From Chrysomallon squamiferum (Eukaryota; Animalia; Mollusca): a DNA stretch of 64,000 bases. The stretch spans positions 14,632,001-14,696,000 of the forward strand of contig CM022674.1 in assembly GCA_012295275.1 (NCBI GenBank), in the 5' to 3' direction. Shown here piece after piece: positions 63,143 to 64,000 of this stretch. Every line of letters starts with the position of its first letter. The first letter of the stretch is position 1. The position numbers were made by a program, and so were the translations under genes. The notes beneath the pieces are model-generated. The model did no database searches. It saw only the letters and a list, made by a program, of their open reading frames with translations, and had not been told where the DNA came from.

Positions 63143-63262
63143 GACTGGATGTTCAGGGTCACATTTGTCACAAATGTCACTTAATACTCGACTGGATGTA
63201 CAGGGTGACATTTGTCACAAATGTCACTTAATACTTGACTGGATGTTCAGGGTCACATCACT
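63143..63262. repeat. 47-bp tandem repeat (about 2.5 copies) with an internal palindrome
   Basis: gactggatgttcagggtcacatttgtcacaaatgtcacttaatact at 63143, 63190 and 63237. Confidence 0.85.
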
Positions 63263-64000
63263 TAATTATTTCTGGGTAGATGCAGTCAATAAAAAAGTAT
63301 TTTATAGATATAAAACAAAACGAACAACAAAGTGTAGAAGGCTTTGCATGTTTTATTATATATATATATGTAAAATGAATACCACAAAAGCACATAAAGA
63401 CAGGGACACCTACAAAGCAGAGAATGAAAACATGCACGCACACACACACATTTATGTACAACTGTTGACATCCGAGCAAATACTGTGACATACTTGCTAT
63501 ACCGAGACAGAGACTGAACAGTTAATTGGTGTAGTATATCAAGTGTACAGACAAAACATGGATGATTTCTATTCACATTAAATTAATAAAACTGTCAGCT
63601 TACAAATCTGTCAATAGCAAAGATACATTTTTTCTAACAATAATAACACAATAACAAAATCTAATTCTGTTATCAATAACCTGATAGTTTTTTTCTCTTT
63701 ATCATGTTAATATGTGCATAAACAAAAGGCACTCACTTTAAAATCAGTAATAAAACTCAACACATAGTGCAACAACAGTTTTATAAAATCATTGATGACA
63801 ACTTAAATTTCATACACTGTAATAAAAAAATCTATTCAGACTGAGTCATTGTTATTTTTTATGCTAAACACTAACTACAGAACTAAGCGTATTTGTTTAC
63901 TTGTATAAAAAGATTTTCTAGGTACACTGGATATTTTTAATTCAGTTGTAAAATGTTTTTGTTGTCAGCAGTTTCTGTAGTGCAGAGCTTATAATTTGAT

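Overview
AT-rich, microsatellite-dense eukaryotic (animal) genomic DNA with spliceosomal introns; probably a mollusc (low-confidence inference from degenerate SINE-like fragments). There are no prokaryotic features, and most entries in the ORF track are simple-repeat artefacts. Manual splicing recovers eight protein-coding genes: INTS11/CPSF3L (+, 18 exons), a 101-aa secreted Cys-rich protein missing from the ORF track (-, 3 exons), a phospholipid scramblase (-, two paralogous terminal exons), a UBXN10-like gene (-), ELP5 (+), a C2H2 zinc-finger gene (+), selenocysteine lyase SCLY (-, 13 exons, one GC-AG intron) and an SDR16C-type retinol dehydrogenase (+). The most striking pattern is that minisatellite arrays are repeatedly anchored on exon boundaries. 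Several copy the splice site plus part of the exon into the intron, creating stacks of decoy splice sites, and the decoys I translated run into an in-frame TAA. In SCLY the array instead forms a ~410-nt AG-free zone of branch-point/pyrimidine units. Two genes show single-base frame breaks that may be assembly errors. All coordinates were derived by hand and may be off by a few bases; family assignments rest on remembered motifs, not database searches.
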